DNA of 64,000 nt, from assembly GCF_006345805.1 (NCBI RefSeq), contig NC_043000.1, positions 95,294,001 through 95,358,000 of the forward strand. The letters run 5' to 3'. A program made the position numbers and the translations under genes. Position 1 is the stretch's first letter. Each line of letters opens with the position of its first letter. This document shows, piece after piece, positions 12,390-26,859 of this stretch. The DNA comes from Octopus sinensis. Taxonomy: Eukaryota. The notes under the pieces are model-generated. The model was not told where the DNA came from. It ran no database searches and saw nothing but the letters and a program-made list of their open reading frames with translations.

Positions 12390-13294
12390 ACCCCCAGCAT
12401 TTTTATTGATTGTATAGTCTTTTGGATATTTTTGCTATGTTTTTTTCAAACATTGGAAGGATCAGTTTGAAAAGTGTCCGGGTGTTGTTCTAAAAAACCC
12501 TATTTATGTTAGAGATATGCGACTGCTCTAAAACTGTTCCCTCTTTAGATCAGCTTATATTCTTACAAAAGCACTTTAGGCCTAATGTCTTTTATCAAGA
12601 ATTGACAGTTAACATGAAGTAAAAAGCAACACAAATTAGTGTTTTATATCCCTACGAGCAAAAGGCCTCCCACCCCGTCCAGTGGACGGTGCTGAGTTGT
12701 CAAGCATCTAAACCAAATTTTCTCAAAACAACTTGTCCGACCGTCCCATAGGCCTCCCTTTTGAGAAACACTGATTTAACCAAAATTTGAGACACCGTGC
12801 ATTTTTCTCACGTACGCGTAGTATCGATCACAACAGCTGATGTACTTGCGCGTACAAATGCACGTGCCCACGGCTTTATCGATCGCATTCTCACCTGGAA
12901 TCGATTTTTGTAATTTTTTCAAGACTTATACACGCCCTGATACCGTCGGTATCTACATATCAAAGGCGGCGAGCTGGCAGAAACGTTAGCACGCCAGGCG
13001 AAATGCGTAGCCGTATTTCGCTTGCCGTTACGTTCCGACTTCTAATTCCGCCGAGGTCGACTTTGCCTTTCATCCTTTCGGGGTCGATAAATTAAGTACA
13101 AGTTACGCACTGGGGTCGATATAATCGACTTAATCAGTTTGTCTGTCCTTGTTTGTCCCCTCTATGTTTAGCTCCTTGTGGGTAGTAAAGAAATAGGTAT
13201 CTACATATCAAAATTTGAGCGCAATCGGATGGAGGATGCCCGAGATCCTAGAAGACACGCACACAGACAGAGAGAACGGATTTTATATAATAGA
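12390..13294 (-). mobile_element. Probable non-autonomous Helitron 5' portion, interrupted by a SINE
   Basis: Minus strand begins A|TCTATTATATAAAATCCGTTCTCTCTGTCTGTG, followed by CCGATTGCGCTCAAATTTTG, typical of Helitron-N 5' ends. The 3' CTAG was not located, so the left boundary is approximate. Confidence 0.5.
12965..13195 (+). mobile_element. Full-length tRNA-derived SINE family A with 17 bp TSD
   Basis: TSD ggtatctacatatcaaa at 12948-12964 and 13196-13212; head ggcggcgagctggcagaaacgttagc. Confidence 0.92.
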
Positions 13295-13344
13295 TTGGGC
13301 TGAAATATTATCATTGATGCGTCGGTCAAAACGTCAAGTTTTAT

Positions 13345-13730
13345 TTCTTCTGACTCACTACGTTGAGTTCAAATGCCAGCGACTTTAGTTTTGCCTTTCA
13401 TCTCCCCGAGTTCGATAAAATAAAGTACCAGTCAAGTACTGAGATCAATAGTATTGAACTAACACCTCCTCCCCTCAAATTTGTGCTGAAATGAGAAACC
13501 ATTATTTAAAAGGCTGCGGACAATGCAGAATTGTTAGCGCTTTGGATAAAATGCATAGTGACAGTTCTTTTTGTCTTGAGTTCAAATTCTACCGAGGCCC
13601 CTCCGCCTTTTCTCCTTTTTCAGTCAATAAATTGAAATAGCCGTCAAGTACTAGAGTCGATGTAATCGACTTGCCCCCTCCAATTAAAAATTCCTGGGCC
13701 CGTACCAAAACTTAGAAAGAATTATTATTA

Positions 13731-13769
<39 letters not shown>

Positions 13770-14290
13770 GTTGTTGTTGTTGTTGTTTCTAGTTTAGATA
13801 AAATCCACCAGTTTTGATGGGGAAGGAATTAGTCTACATCATCGACCCCGAAGGAATGAATGTCAAAGTTGACTTCAGCGGAATTGGAAATCGGAACGTA
13901 AATCTTTACTGCAAAGTATTTTTGCATTATTTCTGTCGGCTCTTTACTTTCTGAGTTCAAACCCCACAGAAGTCACTGTGTCTTTCATTATTCCAAGGTT
14001 GTTAAATATGAAGAAACAATCAAGTACGAGGAGAATATAGTAAGCAGAGTGGAGTACTAAAATGAATCGAATCGGCTCTACTCTTCTCCAAAATATTAAT
14101 TTTAAATTTTGACACAAGGCCAGCAATTTTAGGGGGTGGTAATTTGATTACATTAAACCCCAGCGTTCCCCTGATACTTATTTTATTGACTCCTAAAGGA
14201 TGAAAGGCAAAGTTTACCTTGGCAGCATTTGAACTCAGAACATGAAGACGAATGAAAGGCCAATCGGCGTTTTGTATGGCGTGCCAACTA
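13345..14290. mobile_element. Cluster of about 5 degenerate family A SINEs in both orientations
   Basis: Recurring gagttcaaat...ttgcctttcatc...gataaa...gtacc and its reverse complement. Confidence 0.75.
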
Positions 14291-14360
14291 TATTACTACT
14301 TGTCTCTATTTTTAGAATTAATTACTAATATAATTTAATAATTATTAATTATTTATATAA

Positions 14361-14920
14361 CTAGAGCGTCATCCACCTTGTGACAAGTAATTTTGGAAAT
14401 ATACTTTTGCCAGCGTAGATCATATCAGGAAATATGGCATACGTACAGCACATACATAATTATAATTTAAATTTTATCAATTTTCTTGGCGCTAATACAA
14501 AATGATGAAATGAATACTAATTTTTAAAAGAAAAATATTTATTACCTTTAAAAAAATATAACAATAAATTTATCATCCGCATATTTGCAATAAATATATG
14601 TTATTAGTTTCCTACATTTTACCAACATAATTGCAATCTCCTCCATCGAGAAATCTATCTCTGCAAAATTTTATTAAAAATGTGTATTTTACAGAAATAC
14701 GTATTTGTGTCATATACATTTGTGTATAATACACTAATAGTACACGTTTTTTGTTATCTTCCTCGGTGTCTCTATTTTACTCCCTCTCTCTCTATCTATC
14801 TATCTATCTATCTCTATCTATCTTCCCCTCTCCCTCTCTCTCTCTCTCTCCAATGTGAAGAGTGATCGACGAAATAAGTCAACCAACAGCTCAATATTTA
14901 CATCAACTATTATTTTATAC
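14361..14920 (+). mobile_element. Unnamed dispersed repeat, probably Penelope-derived (other copies 26490-26858 + and 39512-39842 -)
   Basis: Shared aaaatgatgaaat.aatactaattt..aaaagaaaaatatttattac; (CT)n; hammerhead-like GTGAAGA gtgatcgac GAAA taagTC at 14855-14880. Confidence 0.6.
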
Positions 14921-14924
14921 AGCT

Positions 14925-15122
14925 TTACGTTTTGAGTTCAAATTCTGCCGAGGTCGACTTTGCCTTTCATCCTTTCGGGATCGATAAATTAAGTACCATT
15001 TGCGTACTGGGGTCGATCTAATCGATTAGCCCCCTCCCCAAAAATTTCGGGCCTTGTGCCTAGGGTAGAAAGGATTATTTTATACAGTTTTAAGGCAGCG
15101 AGCTGGCGGAATCGTTAGCACA
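14925..15122 (+). mobile_element. Family A SINE fragments
   Basis: gagttcaaattctgccgaggtcgactttgcctttcatcc, then a second head ggcagcgagctggcggaatcgttagc. Confidence 0.8.
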
Positions 15123-15946
15123 GAGTGCCGGATGATGATATTAAACCGGCTGATTGATTAAATCTACCGCCCAAATACACCATAATGGGATTTGAACTCG
15201 AAGCGCAGAAACAAATTCTGCAAACCATATCATATGAAAGGATGATATGCAAAGTTGACATCAGCAAGAGTTGAACTCACAGCGCAGACAATAAGAGCAA
15301 ACATCACGAAACATTCTGTCCTACGTTCTAACGATTCTACCATTTGCCGTCTGAGGCTATCTTATTCCCTTCCTCTCATTAGTTTCGGAGACTCCTTAAA
15401 AGGAAATAAGTGCTGTCTTCCTTCTCTGACTAAAAAAAGTTTTTAATGCATTCCATAACTTAAGCAAATATTTATTTTTATATTTTTATCATAATGCAAT
15501 TGAGTATTATTAAGTACCATAAACATGTGCATTTGTCATATGCGAATCCAAATTTACCATAAAAATTAGTCTGTTTTGCTAAAATATTCTTGACGGTAAT
15601 GTTATTAGTTTGAAAAGATCAGTTAATATGTTCTTTTTGTAATAAGTCAATTGCTTGTTTTATCTTAAACTGAAAGTAAATCTTGTTTTGTTGAGATATT
15701 AAACAACTGATTTCTAATGAATTCCTTATATTCTGCTAAATAAAATTTCAATTAGTTAATTATAAACGCAAGAATAGAAACAACAAATGAGTTGAAGGGA
15801 TCTACTAGAAATAACAGCTAAATACTTCTGGAATGTCGCCCTTACCATCATCACCATCTTAATGATCATTCTTGTCAATAAAGACAAGGAATACACACAC
15901 ACCTAATCCAAATTGATTAAAAGTTTAACAGAGATATATAGTAAGA

Positions 15947-16020
15947 CTAGCAGAGATACCCGGCATTGCCCAGTTACATTCAATAGAAGAATTAGACTTT
16001 TCCGTTATATATATATATGG

Positions 16021-16059
<39 letters not shown>

Positions 16060-17830
16060 TATATGTATATTAATATAAATACATGAAAGTACATGAAATT
16101 TGTTAAAAAAAGGGGGATCATGTATATACCTCCTGGCTGTTGAGATTATAACACCTCGTTGTAAACAATGTTCCTTGTTTTTCCTTGTGGAGCATATACA
16201 AAAAGGTTTCTTTTGGTTTCTACTCTTGAGCAGCCATCATACAGTTGCCTGTGCGAGAAGCAGGGCTCTTCCAAGAGAAGACCAGCTGCAGAGAGGGTTA
16301 GACCCTGAGATTTGTTAATGGACATGGCAAAGCTGACACGAAGGGGGAATTGTAGACTTCTGAATGTAAATGGAATTTCTGCTCCTGATGGAGTAAGAGG
16401 AAATCTTGGAATAAAGACGTCATCATCTTTTCCACATCTAGAAAGAATGATCGCCTCGATAACGTATGATATCATTTTCTTTATTACCAGTCGTGTTCCA
16501 TTGCAAAGTCTTGGTATTTCCAGATTGCGGAGTAGCATTACAGGAGTTCCAACTTTAAGTGGTAACATGTGTGGAGGTAGTCGAGGAGGCTCCAGTGAAT
16601 TGAGAAATTCAGGAGGATAGTTCACAACTTCATTTATATCTGGAATTGTATCAACAGACTTGTAAGTGTGCATAGTGCCGGGAAGAGAATGCATTAGCTG
16701 TTGATTAATTTTGTTAACAGCGACGTTTTTTGGAGCTAATATTGCTCTTTCGCACAGCCAATTGTGATTTTGGTAGTTTTGTGTGAAGTTGGGAAAGACT
16801 TTGTTTTTGAGGTCATCTACAGAATTAACAACAGAGGAAAATGACCACACTTCCATTTGTCCTGCAGCATCCAGAGGCATCTTGCCTTCACCAAGTGTCA
16901 AAATGTCCTGTGCAAACTTTGTGGACATTTTGTCGCCGTGTAGCTGAGCTCTCATGTTAGTGGTGAGACTAAAGACTGTAACATGATGCCAAATGGTAGA
17001 GGACTTTAGGCATGCTTGAACTTCATCAGCTCTAGTGCCTTTCGGAATGACAGGAAAAGTTTGCCTGAAATCACCTGACAACAGAAGCGTTACACCTCCC
17101 ATTGGAGCCTGACAGTCTCGGATGTCTTTCAGGGCTCTATCTAATGCTTCCAAAGCTCCCTTGTGAGCCATAGTGCACTCATCCCAGATAATTACTTAAC
17201 ACATTTTAAGTACTTGTCCCTGATATGAGCTTTTGTTGATGTTGCATGAAGGCATTTCGGATGCTGCTAAATTGAGAGGGAGTTTAAAAGTTGAGTGTGC
17301 TGTCCTGCCACCGGGTAACAAAGTAGCTGCAATGCCAGAGGAGGCTACAGCTACTGCAATGTCCTGATGCTACCTAACTTCTGCAAGGAGAAGCTTTGTA
17401 ATAAATGTTTTTCCTGTTCCTCCAGGAGCATCGAGGAAGAAGATTCGTCCCTCGCGTTGGCGTACACTGTTAAGAATAGTTCTGTAGGCCTGCAGCTGGT
17501 CCGGAAGTTATTTAGGCTCATTTTCAACAATGTACTTTGAAAGCGCTTGAGTGTCGTAGGTTGTTTCACGAATGACAGCAGGAGGAAGGCTATTTGACCC
17601 TGACCTGAATGCTTGTGGCAGGCCATACGTCGACAATTCATTTCCACCCAGTTTAGCAATTCTGTCTTCAATGTCAATGAGTGTTTTGTTATAGATTCCA
17701 TTGCTGATACCCTCCATGTCAGGATAGATCAGTTGAGCTTGGCGCTGAAGGGTCAATGTTTTTGAGATTCCGGTTCGAATGTAAGGCAGGTTTTAAAGTG
17801 TTCCCAACAGTTATTAGTTGTAGTGGTAGA
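15947..17830 (-). mobile_element. Helitron 3' portion derived from an autonomous element
   Basis: Minus-strand 3' end ctgggcaatgccgggtatctctgCTAG|T (CTAG at 15947-15950) with subterminal hairpin; PIF1-type helicase upstream. Confidence 0.9.
16146..17810 (-). pseudogene. Helitron PIF1-family (SF1) helicase pseudogene
   Basis: FFLDAPGGTGKTF (Walker A, about 17400-17440), AVASSGIAATLLPGGRTAHS, IIWDE, GDFRQ, LRNL..PRLCNGTRL, QFPLRVSFAMSINKSQG; TAA stop near 17195 and frameshifts. Confidence 0.92.
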
Positions 17831-17884
17831 GTTTTTATGCCGAATATGTACGTATGCATGTATATATATGTATGTATGCCTGTA

Positions 17885-18022
17885 TATATGTACAAAATCC
17901 ACTGAGAAGGCTTTTGTTGGTCTGAAGCTACAGCAGAAGACACATGCCAAGTCACCACACAGTGAGACTGAACCCAGGACCATGTGTTTGGAACGTAGTT
18001 TGTTACCACACAGCCACACCTG
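17885..18022 (-). mobile_element. Family B SINE 5' part
   Basis: Minus strand ggtgtggctgtgtggtaac...gggttcagtctcactgtgtgg. Confidence 0.8.
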
Positions 18023-20469
18023 CCCCTATTTATGTGTGTGTGCGTATGTGTGTATGGGTAGATATATTATGCATGTATATATGTGTATATATATGTGTAC
18101 ATATTACATGTACATCTATATATATACATCTACACATAAAATACAAAATACAAAATTATATCTTGATATCGCTAGTGATAGCAATACTCAAAATATATAA
18201 CAGACTGGAATTGTAGGCCCGTCTCTTGCAATTTCGATCAATTGGATCTTGTCCTCCCTCTTGTATAGAAGTGTACGGCTGCAGCGAAATTCATTTTTGA
18301 ACTTTCTTCTATCGAAGGCATTTTAACAAAAATGCTTCCGTAAAGACGGTGAAAATATTGTCAATTTCCCCAAACAGGGACACAATTCAATTTTTAAACA
18401 ATAACCAAAGCCCCTTCTCCGAAAGGGGGAGGGTTACGGTTTACAATTATTTAACAAATGCAACACAACATCGTTTCCCTGACGAGGAACCAACAAACGT
18501 GATTACAATAGTCAAACAGTAATAATAATAACAAACCTTTTTAATTTATCCCCATTTATGTGAAACCACTTATTCAAGTTCAAGTCATTGATGCAATTTT
18601 ATACGAATTGCTAATACACACACACATAATAAGGGTGAAAAATTGAATATTAATTTGACTAATATGAATTGAAAACCAGTGGTGTAGCATATAAGACCAT
18701 AGTGGATCTTCCTCAGGCAAAAAGGATGACCACTATTAATGGCTCATCCCTATTATATAATACTTTCACTTTAATAGTTTCACACTTGCAAGAAGAAAGT
18801 AGGAGAAAGTGTGGTGGTAATAGCAGGAGTAAACCACTTGAAATGAGAGAGGTAAATCATAAAATATTGAGTTTTCTCGAATTTTTGCTTAATTGGCGGT
18901 CAAATTGAAAAACATTTATATGCCATGACCCAATCAAATCTACTTCGAAAAATCATAGGTAAATTCCAATTGAAGAAATTCTATATTGCAGAATTGTATT
19001 AAAAAGGAACATGGGAACAGGCAGAGAAAATCTGCCTTTTATCATAAGAGATTGTTTTTAGATAAGCGCGGTGGCAACTCCAAGCCGGTTCAGGCCTTAT
19101 TAGACTTCTTTTGTCTCTGTAATCTATAACTGTTTCGGTTCACACCTGGCAAGTTTAGCCTGCCTCCTCTGAGGATGAACCTACTTTGATGTGGGTTCTT
19201 ATGAAATTTCTTGGCTGTTTTCACAATAAGGGCCCCAGTCTTATCAAGTTGCATATACCTAATCACTAAGATACTGTCAGACTGGAATAATCAGTCAGGC
19301 CATGGAAGATAATACTGCTTTTGGTTTTACTCCTGATCATTGTACGGTAGCTACAGATGCAGAAGTTAGGATCACCAATAACCATCGGATTGTGAAGCAA
19401 ACACACACTGTATTTCGAATGAAGAATTTGGACCTTTAGAGCTTCGAGCATTCGCTGTCACACACTCCCCAGTTTAGTGATGCTAGTGTCGTGATGAGGA
19501 TACATAAGAGTTAATTTGTCAGACAGAGGTGATTAGAAATTAGATTACAACATATGAAACCATTTTATAATGAAATGGGAGCTCATCCCTAGCTTTCTGA
19601 CTCTAGGAAGCAGGGATGAACCTAAACATTGACAAAATATGGTTTTGCTTATACTTAACAGAACTTAGAATGACTCAGAGGATTTTTGAGTAAAAACTAT
19701 TGATTAGGAAATTTAAAGCAATAATAAGAAAACTTCTTAAGCGTAGACCTAACATACAAATTCCTTTATAGATTCGTCGATAAGTTATCGACCCCCACAT
19801 CATGTAAATTTCTAAGATAAAACTATAAAGTGTGATTAATAGAAAAATTCTTGCTGTAAAAATAATGATTCCTTCATTTTTGTTTTATTTTTTGTCGCTT
19901 TTTAATAAGAAATATTTGAACGTATATAATGGAAATGCTTGATGAAATTGATGAAGGAAAATATAAATTCGGTCATATTATGTTGCTCTAATCGAAATAT
20001 TAAATGTAAAATATATGTTTCATAAACAGTAGTCATTACATCGATATCTAACAGGAAATTATTGTCTTAAATTACTGCGCTCTTCCAAATTTAGTTCGCT
20101 AATAATTCAGCACTCTTAATGATCAAAAACGTTTCAGATATTTATCGATTACTTAGAGAGACACCTAAACCCCTCCAAGGTCAACATTGATTCCAACCCC
20201 AGTACTAATGTAAAGAACATTACACCTTTAGATAAAGTGAAAATTTATTAGCCCTAATCATAATTCTTGACTACAGCGTCAAGGATGACAACTCCAGAAT
20301 ATATATTGACTAAAATTTTAATAGAAAGCATACCGAGAAGAATGAGTCTGTGTCCTTGACAAAATTTTTGATTGCTTTTCTTCGTATATCTTACAAATCA
20401 CAGCCTATTGCTGTGCTTACAAGAAGCTCTCTTTGCAGATATGCGGTTTCAGATTATGTTATACTGCGC

Positions 20470-20531
20470 AGCAGGTCGACCAGTATCTTGTGAGACAATT
20501 TGGCAGACCGAAGCTGTAGAAGCCCGTTGTA

Positions 20532-20564
<33 letters not shown>

Positions 20565-20750
20565 ATTTTTCCCTCTGCATGACAACTGGTGTTAGTTTGT
20601 TTACCTCCCATAACTTAGCGGTTGTCAAAGAAGACAGAATTAGTACAACATTTTAAAATATATGTATACTGTGGTCGATTTGTTCGACTTAACCCTTCAA
20701 AAGAGCGCCCCAGCATGGCTGAAGTTCAATGACTGAAACAAGTAAAAAAG
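20470..20750 (+). mobile_element. Degenerate family B SINE
   Basis: gaagcccgttg (GT)n ... taacttagcgg ... cagcatggctg..gactgaaacaagtaaaa. Confidence 0.75.
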
Positions 20751-20881
20751 TTTTTAGATTAAAGATACAAATTTTTTTTAATATTCTGAGATGTTGAAAA
20801 TTTACCGATACTTATTATGTCAACTCTTTCACCTAGCTGCTTCCATATTATTAAATGTTTTTGTAAATAATGTATTATATG

Positions 20882-21110
20882 TTTCTTTACTACCCACAAG
20901 GGGATAAACATAGAGGGGAAAAACAAGGACAGACAAACGGATTAAGTCGATTACATCGACCCCAGTGCATAACTGGTACTTAATTTATCGACCCCGAAAC
21001 GATGAAAGGCAAAGTCGACATCGGCGGAATTTGAACTCAGAACGTAACGGCAGACGAAATACAGCTACGCATTTCGCCCGGCGTGCTAACAATTCTGCCA
21101 GCTCTCCGCT
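20882..21110 (-). mobile_element. Full-length family A SINE
   Basis: Reverse complement of 12965-13195; imperfect flanking repeat ataatgtattat. Confidence 0.9.
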
Positions 21111-21269
21111 ACTATTGTATAATGTATTATCTTCTTAATAGAAAAAAGTTAGCAGGAAGGACAGGTCTTCGTGTACATTGAAGCTGTGTACATTTTGTCA
21201 TGTGTGTCGAATAATGGGAGTTCTCATGGATCTGACTTTTATCACTGAAATCTAAACCTAAACGTCATG

Positions 21270-21440
21270 TCTTTCGGCAGCTATCTTCTTGATGTTGTTT
21301 AATCTCTATGGCATCTTTGATCTCTTGCAAACAGTTTAGCGATACTTCTAACAGATTCCTTAGTTGCAGATATAGCCTGTTTCCGCCCAATTGAGAACCA
21401 TACAGCATAACCCGGGATATACAGTGATGGTTTGTGTGTG
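21270..21440 (-). mobile_element. Possible Penelope GIY-YIG endonuclease remnant
   Basis: Minus strand TVYPGLCC...AETG and QEIKDAIEIKQH resemble VYxIPC..YIGETG and RKIKEAIEI. Confidence 0.4.
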
Positions 21441-21631
21441 ATGTCGTGAGAGAGAACTCAGACATATCGTATGGAGAGGCGGAAACGAGAAACTCTGAAT
21501 AGCGACACGCGCAGGTTCGACTTTGAATAAATTTTGTTCCATTCAACCTAGCGGTATTGAGTACTTTCTTCAACTTAATTGCATTTCACAATGGTATTAA
21601 AAGTAATTATATATGTATGTGCGTTTACTGA

Positions 21632-21694
<63 letters not shown>

Positions 21695-22130
21695 TCTATT
21701 GGCTTGCTTAATCGTCAGATAATTGTGTGTAATATCTACTAATTAGATCTTTATGAATTTCTGATTAGTGCCTTACAGTAAATGTGATACAACTAATTAT
21801 AATTCATGTTAATATTAGGGATTTGCTACTTGTCATACAATCTAATTCCATGTAACTTTATATGAGATGTTCCCAAAAATATGTTGAATAGCAGTTTTAA
21901 AAAAAAAACGTAGTATATAAACACTTAGTTCTATTTTCTTTTGTTGCTGTTAAATAATGTGTAATTCTCTCAATATGATAGGGATGTCTTTCAAGATAAC
22001 GGAATCTTTTCATGTTATTTTGATTTAATTACATGAACGAACAGGACGTGTGTCCAAGCCGATAAAATAATGGATAAAATAATTAGATGAGAACACGGCT
22101 TTTAGTGTTTTGTTTCAGCTATTTGCTATG

Positions 22131-22354
22131 TATTGGGCTGTCAGATAAATTTGTTCGTGGAGCCGAAAACATGGCTTGATAAATTCTTCGAGTCAACACT
22201 GATTTCTGCCAGTGAGGCATTGACAAGCTAGTGGAATGTTGGCATGAAGTTGTGAACAATAAAAGAGACTATATTGGCTGGTTTGCTAAAGTTGTTGAAA
22301 AATGAGGATTAAAATGATTGGGTAAAAGCAGTGAATTTACCTGACAAGCCAATA
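22131..22354 (+). mobile_element. Internally deleted mariner
   Basis: TIRs tattgggctgtcagataaatt and aatttacctgacaagccaata; inside KTWLDKFFES...GIDKLVECWHEVVNNKRDYI (mariner C-terminus). Confidence 0.8.
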
Positions 22355-24151
22355 ATGTATTTGAGATTTATGGGTTTGTCAGGAGAAAGTGACAATACTC
22401 CTGATCTTCGGATTTTCTCTTCAGAGACAATTAAGCTTAACATGATTGGCATTTAGTTCGGAAATCTGTATATTGACGGCTGTTGTTAAAATTTTAAATA
22501 AAAGAAAGACATGGGTCCAGGATGTGTTTTTCGATGGTTTGACGTTTTGCAAAGAAAGAATTTGGAGAGTTTCTGAATACGGGGTCTGGGCGGAATTACA
22601 CCAATAGAATTGATAAGAGGAAGCATGATTTCTGCATTGGGTAGGTACAGGGTGAAGAAGTATATATCGAGCTATTTGAGAAGATGCTGATGTAATACAA
22701 AAGAATTGACGAAGTTCTTCTGTGGACTAAAGGTTGTAATGTTGTTGTTGAATGAATATTTTGTCAACCAATCGTGTGGCCTTCCTTGAAATATAATCTT
22801 GGATATCTGCCTGTGTATGTGTGTGTATGTATATATGTATGTGCATGTGTATATGCGTGTTCTTAATAAATAAGCTCCGATATCTGTTCTTTATTTTTGA
22901 TGGCATCAAAAACATTTAAATTGCGAATATGTTTAAAGAGTGCAGTTGATTTGAAAGTAGCTGATCTTTTGTTTCTAACAAATTGCCTCTGATGACTTTA
23001 TTCTTTCGTTATAATAGGTTTCTTTGTCTCAGCAGTATGAATAGATCAAGTCTCTGGGTACCAATCAAAAGATACATAGTTCATATCCCTTCAAAAGCCC
23101 AGTGCTGAGATCGTGATTAAGGCAACTCATAAAATGCTTGTGCTATAAGTACCATGAATGATACAACTCACCGTTGTAAAATGCAGGAAAGTTGTCTATT
23201 TGATAAGTTTTTATATCCAACTGATATGTCTTAGATACAACGCTATAAATCGTAATCTTTAAGTGACGTATTAATGCTTCAATGTAGAAGTCAAATGGTC
23301 AAGTGTATATCATATTGGACGACGAGAAGAAATATCTTAAAATGTTTGACGTTTAAGTCTACTTCAATGAGTCCAGTTTATTCAGAAAGTATGATTAACT
23401 CCACTGAACGTACTTCGTCGGCTATCGAGAATAGATACCACATCAAGTTAAGGGATGGCACGCAGCTCATTCCTTACTGAAGTCGACTACTGCGGCTTTC
23501 AAGCAAGGTTGGAGCATTGTTTTCGGCAGAAGATGGGTCTTGTACCTAAATTGAAGAAAGCCACCAACTAGACAGGGACGGCAGCGAAAATCAGGTAGCG
23601 GACAAAAGACGGCAAGTGCAACTCTTCCGTAGGTGAAAACTAATTGAATCTTCGCTGCCCCAATCAGGCGAAGCATGCAGGCTAAGGGGCGAAATGCTAG
23701 TGACCCTGAGATATTTGCTGACTACACGGAAATGTTTCCGACAGTACAAAGGTTTCAGAAGAGCTTGTAAGTACATCTGAGTAGCTCCTGCGGTTTCTGC
23801 ATGGGGTAAAGTATCTCAAATGTTCATTTTACCTTCGAGTAAATAATTCATTGTTTCTCATAAATCTAAGATTTCAAACTATATCTCCGAATAATGAAAG
23901 AGCATTTATTACATTTTGATTGATCAAGAACTGTTTGTGAAGGAGGAAGTAAGAAATTAGTTTTATTGTTAATTTCATTTTAACACGTATATCACATGTA
24001 TTTATGTCATGTGTGTGTCACGTGTATTGGCCTGTATATGTATAATATGAGGCAACTGCTTTATAAAGACTCTCAGTTAATTAAATGGAAGTTGATTAAT
24101 ATATAAGTAGCAGTCTTGATCTTTCTTGTCTTGAAGTAGACTCTCTTTACA

Positions 24152-24728
<577 letters not shown>

Positions 24729-24961
24729 TGTTTCTTATTTGCTGTTACATGTTTTATCTTCAATTCAAACATTGTTATTTCTTCGTGCTATTGAATCCAA
24801 CATTCTAAGTTTCTACTATCGGATTCTTACTGCAATACCAATCATTGGCAATATTGAATGCTTATTAAACAATATCGAGCTCAATTCTTACTGAAATTCA
24901 AACAATAGATTTGTAGAATTGCTGTAACTGGCAAAAACAACGAAGGAGCATTTGATTAATT

Positions 24962-25023
<62 letters not shown>

Positions 25024-25737
25024 CGCGCGTGTGTGTATACATATGTCTATATTCATACATTCACTTGTTAGGAAATGTACAAGCTCCGTAGAACTCCAAT
25101 GTTGACCACTCAAGCGTATATTGTAGAATCAGGAGGGTAGTTACACTTATGACGCTTTGAAGCATCAAGTTTCAGCTACAAAGCTAACGTTTCGTTGAAA
25201 TTAGCATTATAATGCTGTTGATGAAGTTCTTGTAGCATATTACTGCTATTATAAATGTGCCAATGTATATTATACCAATAGCAGTTATATTGAACTTATG
25301 ACAACTATAAACGAATCAACTTTTTTTAAATGTGCCTAATGAACATTTTTGATCTATCACAAAAGCTAACGCTCTCAATCTAAATAAGTAATGAACCTAT
25401 ATTGTTATCGATTAGAGGTTTGCTACTTGTCATATAATCTAACTTCATGCAATCTAAGATGGTTCTTAGATCTTTAGATCCTGCACAGGTTAACTTTGCC
25501 TTTCATCCTTTCGGAAAAGATAAAATAAAGTAGCTGTGAAGTGTTGTTGGTCATTGTAATCGATTTACACTTTCCTCACAAAAGTTGCTGGTCTTTCGCC
25601 AAAATTTGAAGCAATTACCATTGTTGATTTCGGCAAAACATTGGATTATTATGAAAAAGTAGAGAGAGAGGAAAAGGAAATGAAAAAGAGACGGACAGTG
25701 AGAGAGAGCAATTTATCATGATATGAAGGTACAGATA

Positions 25738-25929
25738 CAGGCATGGCTGTCTGGAAAGTTGCTTGCTTCTCAATATGGTTCAGAGTTCAGTCCCTCCGCG
25801 TGGTACCTTGGGCGTGTGTCTTTTACTATAGCCCCGAGCCGACCAAAGCTTTCTTAGTGGATTTGGTTGAGAGAAACTGAAAGAGACCTGTCATGAATGC
25901 ATGCATGTATGTATGAATGTATATATATA

Positions 25930-25978
<49 letters not shown>

Positions 25979-26135
25979 TGCGTATATCACCTCTTCCCGA
26001 CTGATGCTGATCTGTTTACGTTCCCGTAACTTAGTGGTTTGGTATAAGAAACCGATAGAATAAAATCCGGGCTTTCAAAAAAATAAGTACTACGGTGTAC
26101 CAGCTTGGCTGCAGTCCAGTGACTGAAGCAAGCAA
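25738..26135 (+). mobile_element. Family B SINE
   Basis: ggcatggctg...gagttcagtccctccgcgtggtaccttgggc...cgtaacttagtgg. Confidence 0.8.
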
Positions 26136-26859
26136 AAAGGTAGCTGAGAAGTAGTAACGAGGAAACTTAAATACATGTTTGTTGGATGTCTTTTGTTTTT
26201 TAAAAGCAATGTTTTTCTAAATGTATTTCGTGCCGTCGCAATTCCTTGTTTCATTTTAAAGGAAATTAAATTTATTCCGAAAGTGATAATATTATTTATC
26301 ACCATTCATTTACGAAACGATTTCAGTTAAAGCTTATAATCAGTTAGCAGCTTTGAAATAAGTGGATTCGTTTTTGATTTTTGTTTTTGTTTTTTTTTCT
26401 AATTCGAAACAAAATTTTGATGCTAAGGAAAGATTTCTCAGTTGCTTATATTATTATAGAGTGTGGCATTGAACCTATTTTTTTATCACCATGGGTAATA
26501 TCAAAGGCTATGGCATATATACAATGAGTGTAGTTTAACTTTTATGAAACTTCTTTGTGTTTTTACAAAATGATGAAATCAATACTAATTTCCAAAAGAA
26601 AAATATTTATTACCTTACAATAATATTACATATAGCAAACTTTTCGTTTCTATAACACCGCTCCTAAATCACTCCGTCATTTACGCCCTCTGCTCGTCTT
26701 CCTGCCACCAAGCCTAGCATGTGCACTTATCATGCACCCCTTATATTAACCCTCTCTCTCTCTCTCTCTCTCTCTCCTTTTCTATACGATATAAAGCGTA
26801 ACTGAAGAATCAACGAACCAACCAGCATTTTTATCGGCTATTATTATATAAAAATACAA

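Noticed and set aside
16146-17171. Host PIF1 helicase gene
   Set aside because: Intronless, upstream stop and frameshifts, and followed by a Helitron hairpin-CTAG end
18470-18510. CTGACGA hammerhead-like motif (also 2973, 9215 minus, 37283, 63380)
   Set aside because: No properly placed GAAA or stems, or the motif lies inside Tc1, Helitron or mariner sequence
22380-22760. Possible Penelope RT remnant on the minus strand (similar hints at 42720-43140 and 19070-19500)
   Set aside because: Only faint motif resemblance; needs a TBLASTN or HMM search
23420-23800. GC-richer segment resembling a LINE 5' UTR
   Set aside because: No ORF, TSD or second copy in the window to support a call
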